Of a DNA stretch of 64,000 nt, positions 13,919 through 25,897 are shown piece after piece. A program made the translations under genes and the position numbers. The stretch spans positions 25,668,001 to 25,732,000 of the forward strand of contig OZ024761.1 of the NCBI GenBank assembly GCA_964016885.1, given 5' to 3'. Every line of letters starts with the position of its first letter. Position 1 is the stretch's first letter. Below the pieces are notes generated by a model. The model saw nothing but the letters and a program-made list of their open reading frames with translations, did not search any database and had not been told where the DNA came from. This DNA is from Eledone cirrhosa (taxonomy: Eukaryota).

Positions 13919-14058
13919 TATCTATCTATCTCTGTCTTTCCCCCTCTCTCTCTCTCGCTGTCTCTCTCTGTCTCTCTCTCTCTCTTCATATATCTTTCGC
14001 TTCATCTTTGACTCCCTGTCAGTCTACCTATCAAGTCGTATTCCCCTTATGTAAATAA

Positions 14059-14244
14059 TTGTTTCTACTTTAGGCACAAGGCCAGCAAATACCCAGTGCA
14101 TTACTGGTACTTTATTTTATCGACTCCGTAAGGATGAAAGGCAAAGTTAACCTCGGCGGGATTTGAACTCAGACCATAAAGGGACGTAACTATGCTTCAA
14201 AGCATGGTGTACGACTCTCCACTGATACTGCTAATCCACCGCCC
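14059..14244 (-). mobile_element. Deu/Nin SINE with a 13-bp TSD
   Basis: TSD ttatgtaaataat at 14047-14059 and 14245-14257. Confidence 0.95.
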
Positions 14245-14251
14245 TTATGTA

Positions 14252-14299
<48 letters not shown>

Positions 14300-14654
14300 A
14301 TGTGTGTATATATATATATACACACACATACACACATAAATATAAATATATATATGTATACAAAAGATATATAAACATGTACATAAGTATACAAACATAC
14401 ATATATTCACACCCGTATATATATGTGTGTGTGTGTGAGTGTATGCATGTATCTCTGTATATATATATATATATATGAGTGTGTGTTCGTGTGTATGTGT
14501 GCGTGCGTGTGCGTGTGTAGATACAGAGAAAAAGAGAGAGAGCGTTAGACCGAAATAGAAAGAGATTGATATCTCTATTTGTTTAGTTTACTATCTGATT
14601 ATCTCTCTATTTAGACACCTACGTCCCTCTTCGTTAGTATCTATCTGTATATCA

Positions 14655-14686
<32 letters not shown>

Positions 14687-14873
14687 ATATTGACACTCAC
14701 ACTCATACGAACACACACACTCACCTTCACTCATTCTAACACATCAAACACATACACAGAAGTTGGTATATATATATATATATATATATACACACAGTCG
14801 AACCAATATCCACTCTTACATCGGCCGATATACAACCAGTGGCTTTTCACTTTACACGTATCAAAAATTCAAG

Positions 14874-14915
14874 ATGGCAGACAGCAGACAGGTCACAAGA
14901 ACAAAATACTTTAAG
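14874..14915 (+). CDS. Candidate first coding exon (MADSRQVTRTKYFK), product unknown
   Basis: caagATGG start context followed by an AAG|GTTTGT donor. No homology recognised. Confidence 0.2.
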
Positions 14916-15140
14916 GTTTGTTTTGTTTCATTTCTGTCCACAGAACAATAACAATCTCGACGTTTTCTGACACCATCCTATTCCTTTGTTCAGCATTCTG
15001 TGCGTTCGTTAAATATTAATCTAGTATTCTAGTCTTAATGAATCAATTCAATAGATTTTTAAACTACATTTTGGTGTTATCTAGTTACATATGAAGAGCT
15101 GACGTGAACGAAAATGAAACCATTGTTTAAGGAATATATT

Positions 15141-15688
15141 TTCATATGTATATGAAAGACTCACATATTCGTGGACACAGATACATACAAGGTTAGGCTG
15201 GCTAAAGGAATGATGCTAGAGCTCTAAAATCGTGCATTAAATAATTTCAACGTTTCTTATTTATAACTTCATATGTACATGGCATACTCACATATACCTC
15301 ACACAGATGCGTACGTGGTTAGGTTGGCTGAAGGAATGATGCTAGGGTTGTTAAATCGTGCATGCAATAATTTCAATTTATTAATGACTTCATATGTATA
15401 TGAAATATTCACATATACACCGACACATATACATACGCGGTTAGGCTGGAAAAAGGCATGATGCTAGAGCTGTTAAATCGTGCATGCAATAATTTCAAAT
15501 TTTCTTATTTATAACTTCATATGTATATGAAATACTCACATATACCTGACACAGATGCATACGCGGTTACGTTGGCAGAAGGAATGATGCTAGAGCTGTT
15601 AAATCGTGCATCCAATATGTTCAACTCTTCTTGTTAATAATTTCATATGTATATGAAATACTCACGTATATCTGGCACAGATACATAC
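15141..15688. repeat. Tandem repeat of about 125 bp, about 4.4 copies
   Basis: ttcatatgta(t/c)atg recurs near 15141, 15268, 15389, 15516 and 15642, with a shared ggaatgatgctagagctgttaaatcgtgcat core. Confidence 0.93.
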
Positions 15689-15959
15689 TTATACATATAC
15701 ACTGACTCGTACACACATATATACACCTGAACGCATATAGATATGTATACAAACACACATCATCTATCTATCTATCTATCTATCTATCTCCTTCTGTCAT
15801 TCCAAGAGAGTATCTGGGTTAAAACAATGAACCATTTAGCCGACCTTCGTATATTTATCAAGCAAAGAATGACAGAGCGTTATAGTTTCCTTGAAGCATT
15901 GTTGAACAGGAAATATAAATTTAAATAAGTTTAAATTCATAAAACACATTGAAAATTAA

Positions 15960-16213
15960 CGTTGACAAGATTACGATAGAATTTAATTTTATCAAATTTA
16001 ATTATCCCAAATATTTTCATGTTTAAAATCCTATTATCAAAATGGATCCGTGTGAAGGTCTGTAAGGTCATGTCGGAGATAAAACAATTCATCCCCGACC
16101 GGTTCTTGAAGAGTGTCACACGGATCTTCTCTTCATAATGGCTTTTAAACCCGAAATATTTGGGATAATTAACTTTTCTAAAACAAGGAAAGTATGAGCA
16201 TAATTTGTCAACA
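15960..16213. repeat. Degenerate inverted repeat of about 250 bp (old MITE-like hairpin)
   Basis: Paired segments: gttgacaa/ttgtcaac, ttaattatcccaaatattt/aaatatttgggataattaa, gatccgtgtga/tcacacggatc. Confidence 0.75.
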
Positions 16214-16376
16214 TTTTGACATACTTTAGACTTTTCTGGAATTCAAATAATAGATAAGCAATGTTTAACAATTGACCCTATAGCATTTATATTACTATAT
16301 ATACTATTATATATTCACAGTAAAAGCTTTTCCTCACATAATATAAAGTCTATAAGATGTTGATATTACTTATTTC

Positions 16377-16562
16377 GATTGGCAGTATCAGTAGAGGGTC
16401 GGATGCCATGCTTTGCAGCAGAGAGTCATGTCAAGATACGGTCTGAGTTCAAATCTCACCAAGGTTAACATTGCCTTTCATCCTTACGGGGTCGATAAAA
16501 TAAAGTACCAGCAATTAACTGGAATAATTGCTGAGCTTGTGCAAATAAATATAAACAATTAT
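16377..16562 (+). mobile_element. Deu/Nin SINE
   Basis: Matches the family consensus. Confidence 0.9.
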
Positions 16563-16845
16563 TTATTTGACTTAACATAAGTATTAGCAGCAGGTTCTAG
16601 CCGGTTAGAACAGGAAGGTGAAAGAATTATGGCCGGATACGGCGGATTTAAATGCTAAAGAGTAAATACATTAATTCTTTGATTTACATATGTTTCATTC
16701 TTCTCGAAGGAAGTTATTTCCAATGAGTCTGTAAAGCAAACCATCAGAATAAGTTGGAGATATTATAGAGAAGATATTTATTTAACGATTGTACGTGAAC
16801 GTCGGCATCGTAATATAATTAATCTAATATAAATTACCTTTTGTA

Positions 16846-17155
16846 TGCATATATATATATATGTGTGTGTGCGTATCTATATATATGTATATATATATAT
16901 TTAAATATATATGTATATATATATGTATATATATATGTATATATATATATATATGTATGTATATATATATATATATATATGTATCTATATTTATTTATAT
17001 ATATATATATATACATGTGTATATATGCATATATATATATGTATATATTTAGATATATATATACATATATGTGTATATACATATATATATGTGTGTGTAT
17101 ATATATATATATGTGTGTATATATATATATATGTGTGTATATACATATATATGTG

Positions 17156-17186
<31 letters not shown>

Positions 17187-17223
17187 GTGTGTGTGTATAT
17201 ATATATATATATATACATATATA

Positions 17224-17282
<59 letters not shown>

Positions 17283-17313
17283 ATATATATATATATATAT
17301 GTGTGTATATATA

Positions 17314-17344
<31 letters not shown>

Positions 17345-17407
17345 GTGTATATATATATATATATATGTGTATATATATATATATATGTGTATATATATAT
17401 ATATATA

Positions 17408-17448
<41 letters not shown>

Positions 17449-17514
17449 ATATATATATATATATGTGTGTATATATATATATATATATGTGTGTATATAT
17501 ATATATATATGTGT

Positions 17515-17549
<35 letters not shown>

Positions 17550-17661
17550 TATACATATATGTGTATATATACATATATATACATATATGTGTGTATATAT
17601 ATACACACATATATATATACATATATGTTTGTATATAAATCTATACATACTTATATGTTTG

Positions 17662-17692
<31 letters not shown>

Positions 17693-17787
17693 GTGTGTGT
17701 ATATATATATATACACAAATATATGTTTGTATATATATATATATACATATAAGTTTGTATATATATATATACATACATATATGTGTG

Positions 17788-17843
<56 letters not shown>

Positions 17844-17845
17844 CG
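16846..17845. repeat. (TA)n/(TG)n compound microsatellite
   Basis: Seen directly in the sequence. Confidence 0.97.
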
Positions 17846-18132
17846 CGAGTGTGTATGGGGGGGGGGTGATTAACCGACAATTGTTGAAAGTTGCCTGCAG
17901 CAGCTCTCGTTCTCCTCTGATCTCTTGCACTCGGTGACACGGAATATATAATTTAGAAAGTCCTCGGTTACGCCATATAGGTACGTGATCCTATATATAA
18001 CTAACATACCTGATTAACTCAGCATTGCTTTAATACTTAATTAACTTACCTACGACTACGTCCTTTACCCTGGAAGTGTATGTGTGTGTATGTGTATATA
18101 TATATATTTACGAACTTGTCCGAGTGCATATG

Positions 18133-18181
<49 letters not shown>

Positions 18182-18184
<3 letters not shown>

Positions 18185-18622
18185 TAAAAGTTAAACAAGG
18201 TTCAATGAATACATCAAAGAATGGGTTTTACAATAGATTGGAAGCACTCAACAATGAAAGGTTTTCCAGAGTTATTAATATTAATTCATAATATTAACAA
18301 AATAGATATTCTTGTGATCAAGTATATTTTATTATACATATTTCAGAGGTACTGAGTTAAGTTCAACAGTACCTCCTCATGAGATAAAACAGGATGATAC
18401 ATGACATACCCTGACATCGTAGATGGTTAAGATTCAGTTATGGTACTGAATCTTAACCATGACTGAATGTTAGCCATCTACTATGTCAGGGTATGTCATG
18501 GATCATCTTGTTTTATCTGATGAGGAGGTACTGTTGAACTTAACTCAGTACCTCTGAAATATGTATAATAAAATATACTTGATCACAAGAATATCTATTT
18601 TGTTAATATTTTGAATTAATAT
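18182..18622. mobile_element. PLE-like family A terminus with an inverted duplication (345-bp palindrome at 18278-18622)
   Basis: Arms 18278-18444 and 18456-18622 are near-perfect reverse complements. (TA)n on both sides. Confidence 0.85.
18509..18575 (+). ncRNA. Type I hammerhead ribozyme motif, family A
   Basis: tgttttat CTGATGA G GAGGTACTG-loop-CAGTACCTC T GAAA TATGTA TA ataaaata. AUA triplet at 18565-18567. Confidence 0.88.
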
Positions 18623-18665
18623 ATATATGTGTGAGAAAAACCACAGACCCTCCATCTCAACTCAC

Positions 18666-18702
18666 CTTTTGAAAAGCAGAAGAACTGCGAAACCGGTAAA
18701 GG
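18666..18702 (+). ncRNA. Degenerate minimal hammerhead motif (PLE-like terminus 18630-18842)
   Basis: cctt TTGAAAA GCAG aagaa CTGC GAAAC CG GTA aagg. All three stems present, but the core has two substitutions. Confidence 0.55.
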
Positions 18703-18839
18703 AACCAAATAAATATATATATATTTTTTAAAAATAAGACTCCAGTTGCATTTTCGATTTCATCTCTTTTTCTTTATACTTTCACTCGTGTAGGACACCT
18801 CGGTTATTTTTCATTTTGTAAAAAAAGAAAAACCTCACT

Positions 18840-18921
<82 letters not shown>

Positions 18922-18925
<4 letters not shown>

Positions 18926-19053
18926 AAAAGGAAAAGAGAAATAACTACACAATCGGTACTCTATATGGAAAAAATATATTAGGTTAAGGCTTGAAATATT
19001 GAAATAGCAGGAAGAGGGTCTCAACGTTTCGGACGCTATTCCTTCATCAGAAG

Positions 19054-19054
<1 letters not shown>
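18922..19054 (-). mobile_element. PLE-like terminus, family D, with a minimal hammerhead (19019-19054)
   Basis: Reverse complement: tctt CTGATGAA GGA atagcg TCC GAAAC GTT gaga. Homologous to 45336-45460. Confidence 0.8.
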
Positions 19055-19110
<56 letters not shown>

Positions 19111-19154
19111 CATTCTAACATACAACGCTTAGCATATTTTTGAAAATTAGATAG

Positions 19155-19391
19155 TGAAATAGAGCCTGCGCCGTATTTTGACTGCGTAAAGTAGCCTAAT
19201 AGATGGAGTTATAAAAAACACCCCAGATTGGAAAAAAGATGAACATAGACGTACGTGGGAAACGAACCCGCATCGTTGGCTATCATGAGCACTTTGTTAA
19301 CCATCGACCTTTTTCCTATCTGGGTTGTTTTTATAACTCCAACTATTAAACTAATTTACTTTGTCAAAAATACGGTGGAAGCTCTATTTCA
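19155..19391. mobile_element. Inverted-repeat element enclosing a tRNA-like segment
   Basis: Arms tgaaatagagc...ccgtattttgac...ggagttataaaaaacaccccagattggaaaa and ttttcctatctgggttgtttttataactcc...gtcaaaaatacgg...gctctatttca. The loop reverse complement carries ggtcgatggtt and gggttcgtttccc. Confidence 0.65.
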
Positions 19392-19667
19392 ATGTATATG
19401 CGTGTGTGCGTGTGTGTGTATGTCCGTGTGTGTGTGTGTGTGTGTGTCTGTTGGGCACACGAACAAAAGGACGTGTATTTTCTCCTGCCAGTAGCATATC
19501 AAATAAATCGGGTGTCACCTGAGGGTACCGTCCTCATAACAACAACAAATGCATGAAGGACTTCTCGATTGCACTGGAAACCGTGGAAATAATTATAATG
19601 TTTAAATGATTTATGTAACCGCAGCATCTTATTTTTGGTATATATATATATAGTTTTAATATAGATA

Positions 19668-19718
19668 AGATTCTACAGGACTAGAACTGTTTCATTCTTT
19701 AGAAATCATCAGGAATCT
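19668..19718 (-). ncRNA. Type I hammerhead motif, family C, minus strand
   Basis: Reverse complement: agattc CTGATGA tttctaaagaat GAAA CAG ttctagtc CTG TA gaatct. Confidence 0.82.
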
Positions 19719-19726
19719 GCGAATCT

Positions 19727-19779
19727 GAGATTCCTGATGATTTCTAAAGAATGAAACAGTTCTAGTTCTGTAGAATCTC
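19727..19779 (+). ncRNA. Type I hammerhead motif, family C, plus strand
   Basis: gagattc CTGATGA tttctaaagaat GAAA CAG ttctagtt CTG TA gaatctc. 7-bp stem I, GUA triplet. Confidence 0.85.
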
Positions 19780-19861
19780 ATCTATATTAAAACTTTTACA
19801 CTCTGCAATGTATTGAGTACCTTACTTACTGTGGTTACCTCCGATTCAACCCGGAATAACG

Positions 19862-19898
<37 letters not shown>

Positions 19899-19901
<3 letters not shown>

Positions 19902-20168
19902 CGTTTCTGAATTTGTTTAGCAAGATTCTTTATCTGAAAACGAGTGTTGAAACCGATATTGTTGTACTTTGGGAGGGTAATTTTGCCAATAAGAAACACA
20001 CGCACCAATATATGAACAACCGTCCGGTTGTGGAACCAACCAGCCAACCGGAAATACATTTTTTTGAAAAAAACTTAAACATTTTTTTATTTATTTATAA
20101 TGAATTGAAGTAAAAGCAACTGGTGCGTGTGTTTCTTATTGGCAACATGACCCCCCCCCCCAAAGTAT

Positions 20169-20174
<6 letters not shown>
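19899..20174. mobile_element. PLE family F terminus with an inverted duplication
   Basis: 19899-20008 matches 38624-38732 and 20008-20174 matches 39310-39449. Inverted arms at 19960-20008 and 20121-20174. Confidence 0.85.
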
Positions 20175-20212
<38 letters not shown>

Positions 20213-20639
20213 ATATTAAATAAATGGAAACTATATTTGTAAAACTATATTTATTTTATTATATATATTATATTATATATGAATATTTACTCCAGTAAAC
20301 TTTTGAGTGCTCTAAATCAGTTATATGCATTTATATTTGTCGGACTTCCAACAAATTAAATACAACTTCTACTTATATACATATGTATACATATATATAT
20401 ATTTGCGCTATTTCACTCAGTCTCTGATTGCATCACGTGCTGCTCAGCCCCGCTCTTGAGTTATGTTCGGTATTGAGTCATCGTTGTGTTGGAGCGTGGT
20501 GCTGTTGTTTGTGTTGTGTGGACACTGTTATATTGAGTCCTCTTCTTAGTCTACTGCATCAGTGTTGCTGTCTATTGGTGCTTAACTTGGTGTTTTTAAC
20601 GTTCTGTTTTTGAATGTCTTGTAGAATGTGACATGAGAT

Positions 20640-21400
20640 TATTGTATTGTTTAGTTATCTTATAGATAATATGATTTGTTGTGAGTTGTTTGTTGTGGGT
20701 TGTTTGTTGTGGGTTGTTTGTTGTGGGTTGTTTGTTGTGGGTTGTGTGTTGTGGGTTGTGTGTTGTGGGTTGTGAGTTGTTTGTTGTGGGTTGTTTGTTG
20801 TGGTTTGTGTTGTATGTTGTGAATTTTACTGTGTTTGGTATGTTGTGAATGTTGAGTTTTGTGTCATGTGTCCTGTGTTGTGAGTTGTGTGTTGTACTTT
20901 GTGTGTTGTACCTTGTGTGTTGTGGTTTGTGTTGTATGTTGTGAATTTTACTTTGTGTTTTGTGTGTTGTGAATGTTGAGTTGTGTCATGCGTCGTGTGT
21001 TGTGAGTTGTGTGTTGTGAGCTTTGTGTTGTGTTGTACTTTGTGTATTGTACGTTGTGTGTTGTGGGTTGTGGGCTCTGTGTTGTGAGTTTTGTGTTGTA
21101 ATTTGCGTGTTGGAAGTTGTGTGTTTTGTGTTGTATTATGTTGTATGTTGTGTGTTGTTAGTTCTGTGTTGTGGGTCATGTTATGCTGTGTTTTAGGTTC
21201 TCCGCTGTGTTCTATGTTGCGAGTTGTGTGGTTTATATTTTCTGTTGCAAGGTGCGATTTCTGTTGTGTTTTGATTTGTTTGTTGTTAGTTGTATTTTGT
21301 ATTGTGAGTTTTGAGTTGTGAGTTGCGTGTTGTGTTGCCATAACTGTTGTCTTTTGTGTTTCTTGATGTTTTGTTATATTACTGTTTTTATTAGTTTAGC
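20640..21400. repeat. TG/TTG-rich degenerate satellite, including 14-bp ttgtgggttgtttg units
   Basis: Seen directly in the sequence. Confidence 0.9.
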
Positions 21401-22164
21401 TATGGGTAGTGTGTGGACACTCTCTTTCTACATGACCTCCACATCCAGTTTTCGTCCTCGCCTTTTTCCTGCTCCTCTTCCTTTCTTACTCTTCTTACTC
21501 CACTTCTTACTATTTTCTTCTTTTCTCATCATTCTTCTTCTTCATTATTGTTATTATTAATAATATTATCCTCGTCATCATCATCAGTATACTACTGTCC
21601 TCTATCCTCCCATCTCTCTATTATTATACCCCCCCCTCTATCTATCTCTCTCTCTCTGTTCGACAATATCAACTTTACTATACCTTTGGTAGAAGCATGT
21701 CAAATTTGAAGATATTAAATAAGCCAGGAGCTTATCTTCTGATGGAGATGACAACCCCCATTAATACATAAAATGTATGTAGATATATTTGTGTTCTAGA
21801 ATCAAATCGAGGTCACACAGTGCTTTGTTTGTGTAACAAAAGATGGCAGCATCTTCGTCATCTCCCTTCGTCATCGCCAACGTTCGCGTTAACATCTACG
21901 CCTTTGTTGTTTTTGAAAGACCGTAGAAGAAAATAACCAAAATATGTCTTCAGGCTTTGAAGCAAGCCTTCGTTGTAAGGTGTGGTGTGGACCAATCGTT
22001 GAAATGATCAGCTCCGATTTATGATTTAAGTACACACACACACACATACACACACATTATATATATATATATATAGAGAGAGAAAGAGAGTGAGAGAGAG
22101 GAAGAGGGAGAGAGAGAGAGAGAGAGGGAGAGAAAAAAAGAGAGACAGAGAGAGAGAGAGAGGG

Positions 22165-22367
22165 AGATGAGATTCTACAGGACTAGAACTCTTTCATTCT
22201 ATAGAAATCATCAGTAATCTGGCACTCCAAAAATAAATGATGTGGTATTTATCTCTTTTCGGGTGGTAGGAGAGGGTGGGGAGTGGGATGGGTGGAGGTC
22301 AATGTTTGAAAGAAAAGGGAATTCATTAAAAGCTAAATCTTTAAGGGTATAATTTATATTTAGAGTG

Positions 22368-22370
<3 letters not shown>
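22165..22370 (-). mobile_element. PLE-like family C fragment with a hammerhead (22169-22220) and upstream 3' UTR
   Basis: Reverse complement: agatta CTGATGA tttctatagaat GAAA gagttctagtcctGTA gaatctc. Confidence 0.75.
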
Positions 22371-22437
<67 letters not shown>

Positions 22438-22519
22438 CATATATATCTCTATATATATATATATAGGCACATATATATATATGTGTGTGCCTAATATATA
22501 TATATATATATGTGTGTGC

Positions 22520-22583
<64 letters not shown>

Positions 22584-22584
22584 C

Positions 22585-22622
<38 letters not shown>

Positions 22623-23417
22623 CATATATATATATATATATATATTAGTTTTGCGAGGTTTTTATTTATATATAAGTTTGCCGAGGTTTTTAAACAGAAA
22701 TAATGAATGGAATAACAACAACACCCAAACAAACAACACTGACCTAAGAGAAGTGAAAATAAATAAATAAATAAATAAATACATACACAATAACAACAAA
22801 CACATATAAATACACACTAGTAAACTAAGATAGAATACATTAACCAATACACAGTCACCCAAACAAGAACACACAACAAACAAAACACTATACACACACG
22901 CAAACGCATGCGCAGAGAAGACAAAAAATAAACAAATAAATAAATAAATAAACAGACTAAATAAAAATGACGTAAGCATACAATACAACGGGAGGAAACA
23001 TAATAGCACCACTGACGATGTTGCAGATGTGCAACGAAAGAACTTTGTTAGACTATATATATGTGTTTGTGTCTATATTGTATCTGTATTTTTGACCGTT
23101 GGTCAGTCAATGGTAACATTGAGGACCGAATAAGTTAGATTACCGATATAAAAGACACAGAAGCGAAAACCAACCAAACAGTGAGTGGGTTCTGTTATTA
23201 TTTCTGGCAATACTATTACACAAATATGACCCTCCACTAGTATAACAATATATATGTATATATTTATACGTATATACATATATATATATATGTAGGCGGT
23301 GAGTTTTAATGTAGTACAATAAAGCAATGCAGATATCGGATAAGAAGCACTCTACAGTTTGCAGCACTGGAGTATACATAATATATAAGATCAAAAGATG
23401 GTTAAATGAGTTCCATG

Positions 23418-23488
23418 TATTTTATTATGCGCATTTCAAAAACAAATATCATCATGCAATAACATTTGTGTTTTCATCAGATAAAATA
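23418..23488 (-). ncRNA. Type I hammerhead motif, family B, minus strand
   Basis: Reverse complement of 23602-23672. Confidence 0.88.
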
Positions 23489-23601
23489 GGAAGACCTGAT
23501 ATGAAGGTTAAAAAACACTTGTGAATAGTGCAGTTTTAATATATGTTGATTTAAAACTGCACTATTCACAAGTGTTTTTTAACCTTCATATCAGGTCTTC
23601 T

Positions 23602-23672
23602 TATTTTATCTGATGAAAACACAAATGTTATTGCATGATGATATTTGTTTTTGAAATGCGCATAATAAAATA
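23602..23672 (+). ncRNA. Type I hammerhead motif, family B, plus strand
   Basis: tattttat CTGATGA aaacacaaatgttatt-gcat-gatgatatttgttttt GAAA TG CG CA TA ataaaata. Palindromic stem III ATGCGCAT, AUA triplet. Confidence 0.88.
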
Positions 23673-23701
23673 CATGGAACTCTTTTAACCATCTTTTGAT
23701 C

Positions 23702-23711
<10 letters not shown>

Positions 23712-23743
<32 letters not shown>

Positions 23744-24534
23744 ATATTATATATACATATTATATATATATATATTATATATATATATATATTATATATA
23801 CATATTATATATACATTATATATATATATATTATATATACATATTATATATATATTATATATACATATTATATATACATATTATATATACATTATATATA
23901 TATTATATATACATATTATATATACATATTATATATACATTATATATACATATATATACATATTATATATACATATTATATATACATATATATATTATAC
24001 ATATATATATAATATATATATATATATATTATATATATATATATTATATATATACATATATATTATATATATATATATTATATATATACATATATATTAT
24101 ATATATATATATTATATATATATATATATTATATATATATATTATATATATATATTATATATATATATATGTTATATATATATATATATATTATATATAT
24201 ATATATATTATATATATATTATATATATATATATATATTATATATATATATATATTATATATATATATATTATATATATACATATTATATATATATATAT
24301 ATATTATATATATTATATATATACATATTATATATATATATATTATATATATATATATTATATATATATATAATATATATATATATATATTATATATATA
24401 CATATTATATATATACATATTATATATATACATATTATATATATATATATTATATATATATATATTATATATATATATAATATATATATATATTATATAT
24501 ATATATATATTATATATATATATATTATATATAC

Positions 24535-24612
<78 letters not shown>

Positions 24613-24992
24613 ATATATACATATTATATATATATATTATATATATATATATATATATATTCTGCAAGGTGAAGCGGATGACGGTTCTTCTGCCCTTGTG
24701 ATGACTGAAATAATATTTAAGTTAATTATATGTATTGACAAACGATAGCGATAAATACCGTTTAATTGCATCACACACACACGCACACTCATATACACAC
24801 ATACATATGTATATATATATATATATGTATATATATATACATATATATATACATATATATACATATATATACATATACATATATATACATATATACATAT
24901 ACATATATACATATACATATATACATATACATATATACATATATACATATACATATATACATATACACATATATACATATATACATATACAC

Positions 24993-25039
<47 letters not shown>

Positions 25040-25192
25040 CATATATACATATATACATATAAATACACACATATATATATGTATATACATATATACATAT
25101 ATATACATATATATACATATATACATATATATACATATATATATATACTTATATACACATATATATATATACATAAATATATATACATATAT

Positions 25193-25267
<75 letters not shown>

Positions 25268-25350
25268 CATTCATATACATGTGTGTGTGTGTGTGTAATG
25301 TTGTGTGAGTCTGTAAGTGTATCTGGGGTTTATGTGTGTGTGTGTGTGTA
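23712..25350. repeat. (TA)n-derived satellites (TATTA and TACA types) split by an island of about 120 bp at 24661-24775
   Basis: Seen directly in the sequence. Confidence 0.96.
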
Positions 25351-25826
25351 AGAGTGGGTTTGTGTGATGCTGACATAATCATTAGAATCAAGGATCTTGC
25401 TTAAGAAGCAATCACAGGTTAATTAAACACGACTTCAATCAGGTTTTAACCGATGTTTTATGAGGCATTTCCATTGGAAAACTGCTGAAATCGTCCATAC
25501 AAATTAAACATCCAAAGGACTAATTGCAATAATAATTAAATACTTAAATCTTGAAGCTCTATCATATCTCTCTCTCTCCTGCTCTCAGTCTCTCACTACC
25601 CCTCTCTCATATTCTCTGCTTTTCTTAGTATTCTTCCCCCACCCCGTCTAATTATGTCAACTAACGTTAACTAATCCAGCTTCATGCGCACACGGTGATA
25701 AATGTATCTCACGATCACATACGGAGCGCTGCATTAAACATTAAATTTCCAAGAATTTCGCCGAGCTTAATTTATACAAATTTATCATATTTCTATATAT
25801 CTTCTATCTTTTTCATGCAGTTATTT

Positions 25827-25897
<71 letters not shown>

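Larger units (their letters stand above)
19652..19863. mobile_element. PLE-like family C terminus with an inverted duplication (palindrome at 19652-19794)
   Basis: 67-bp arms around a 9-nt spacer, (TA)n on both sides. Homologous to 54921-55055 and 22165-22220. Confidence 0.85.
23293..23711. mobile_element. PLE-like family B terminus with an inverted duplication (313-bp palindrome at 23389-23701)
   Basis: Arms 23389-23539 and 23551-23701 differ at about 2 positions. (TA)n flanks. Confidence 0.88.

Noticed and set aside
15141-15688. CRISPR-like interpretation of the tandem arrays (also 44360, 49401 and 52362)
   Set aside because: Whole units are repeated with no unique spacers, there are no cas genes, and the context is eukaryotic.
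20826-21341. 171-aa Thr/His/Gln/Asn-rich mucin-like ORF
   Set aside because: It is the reverse translation of the degenerate TTG/TG satellite.
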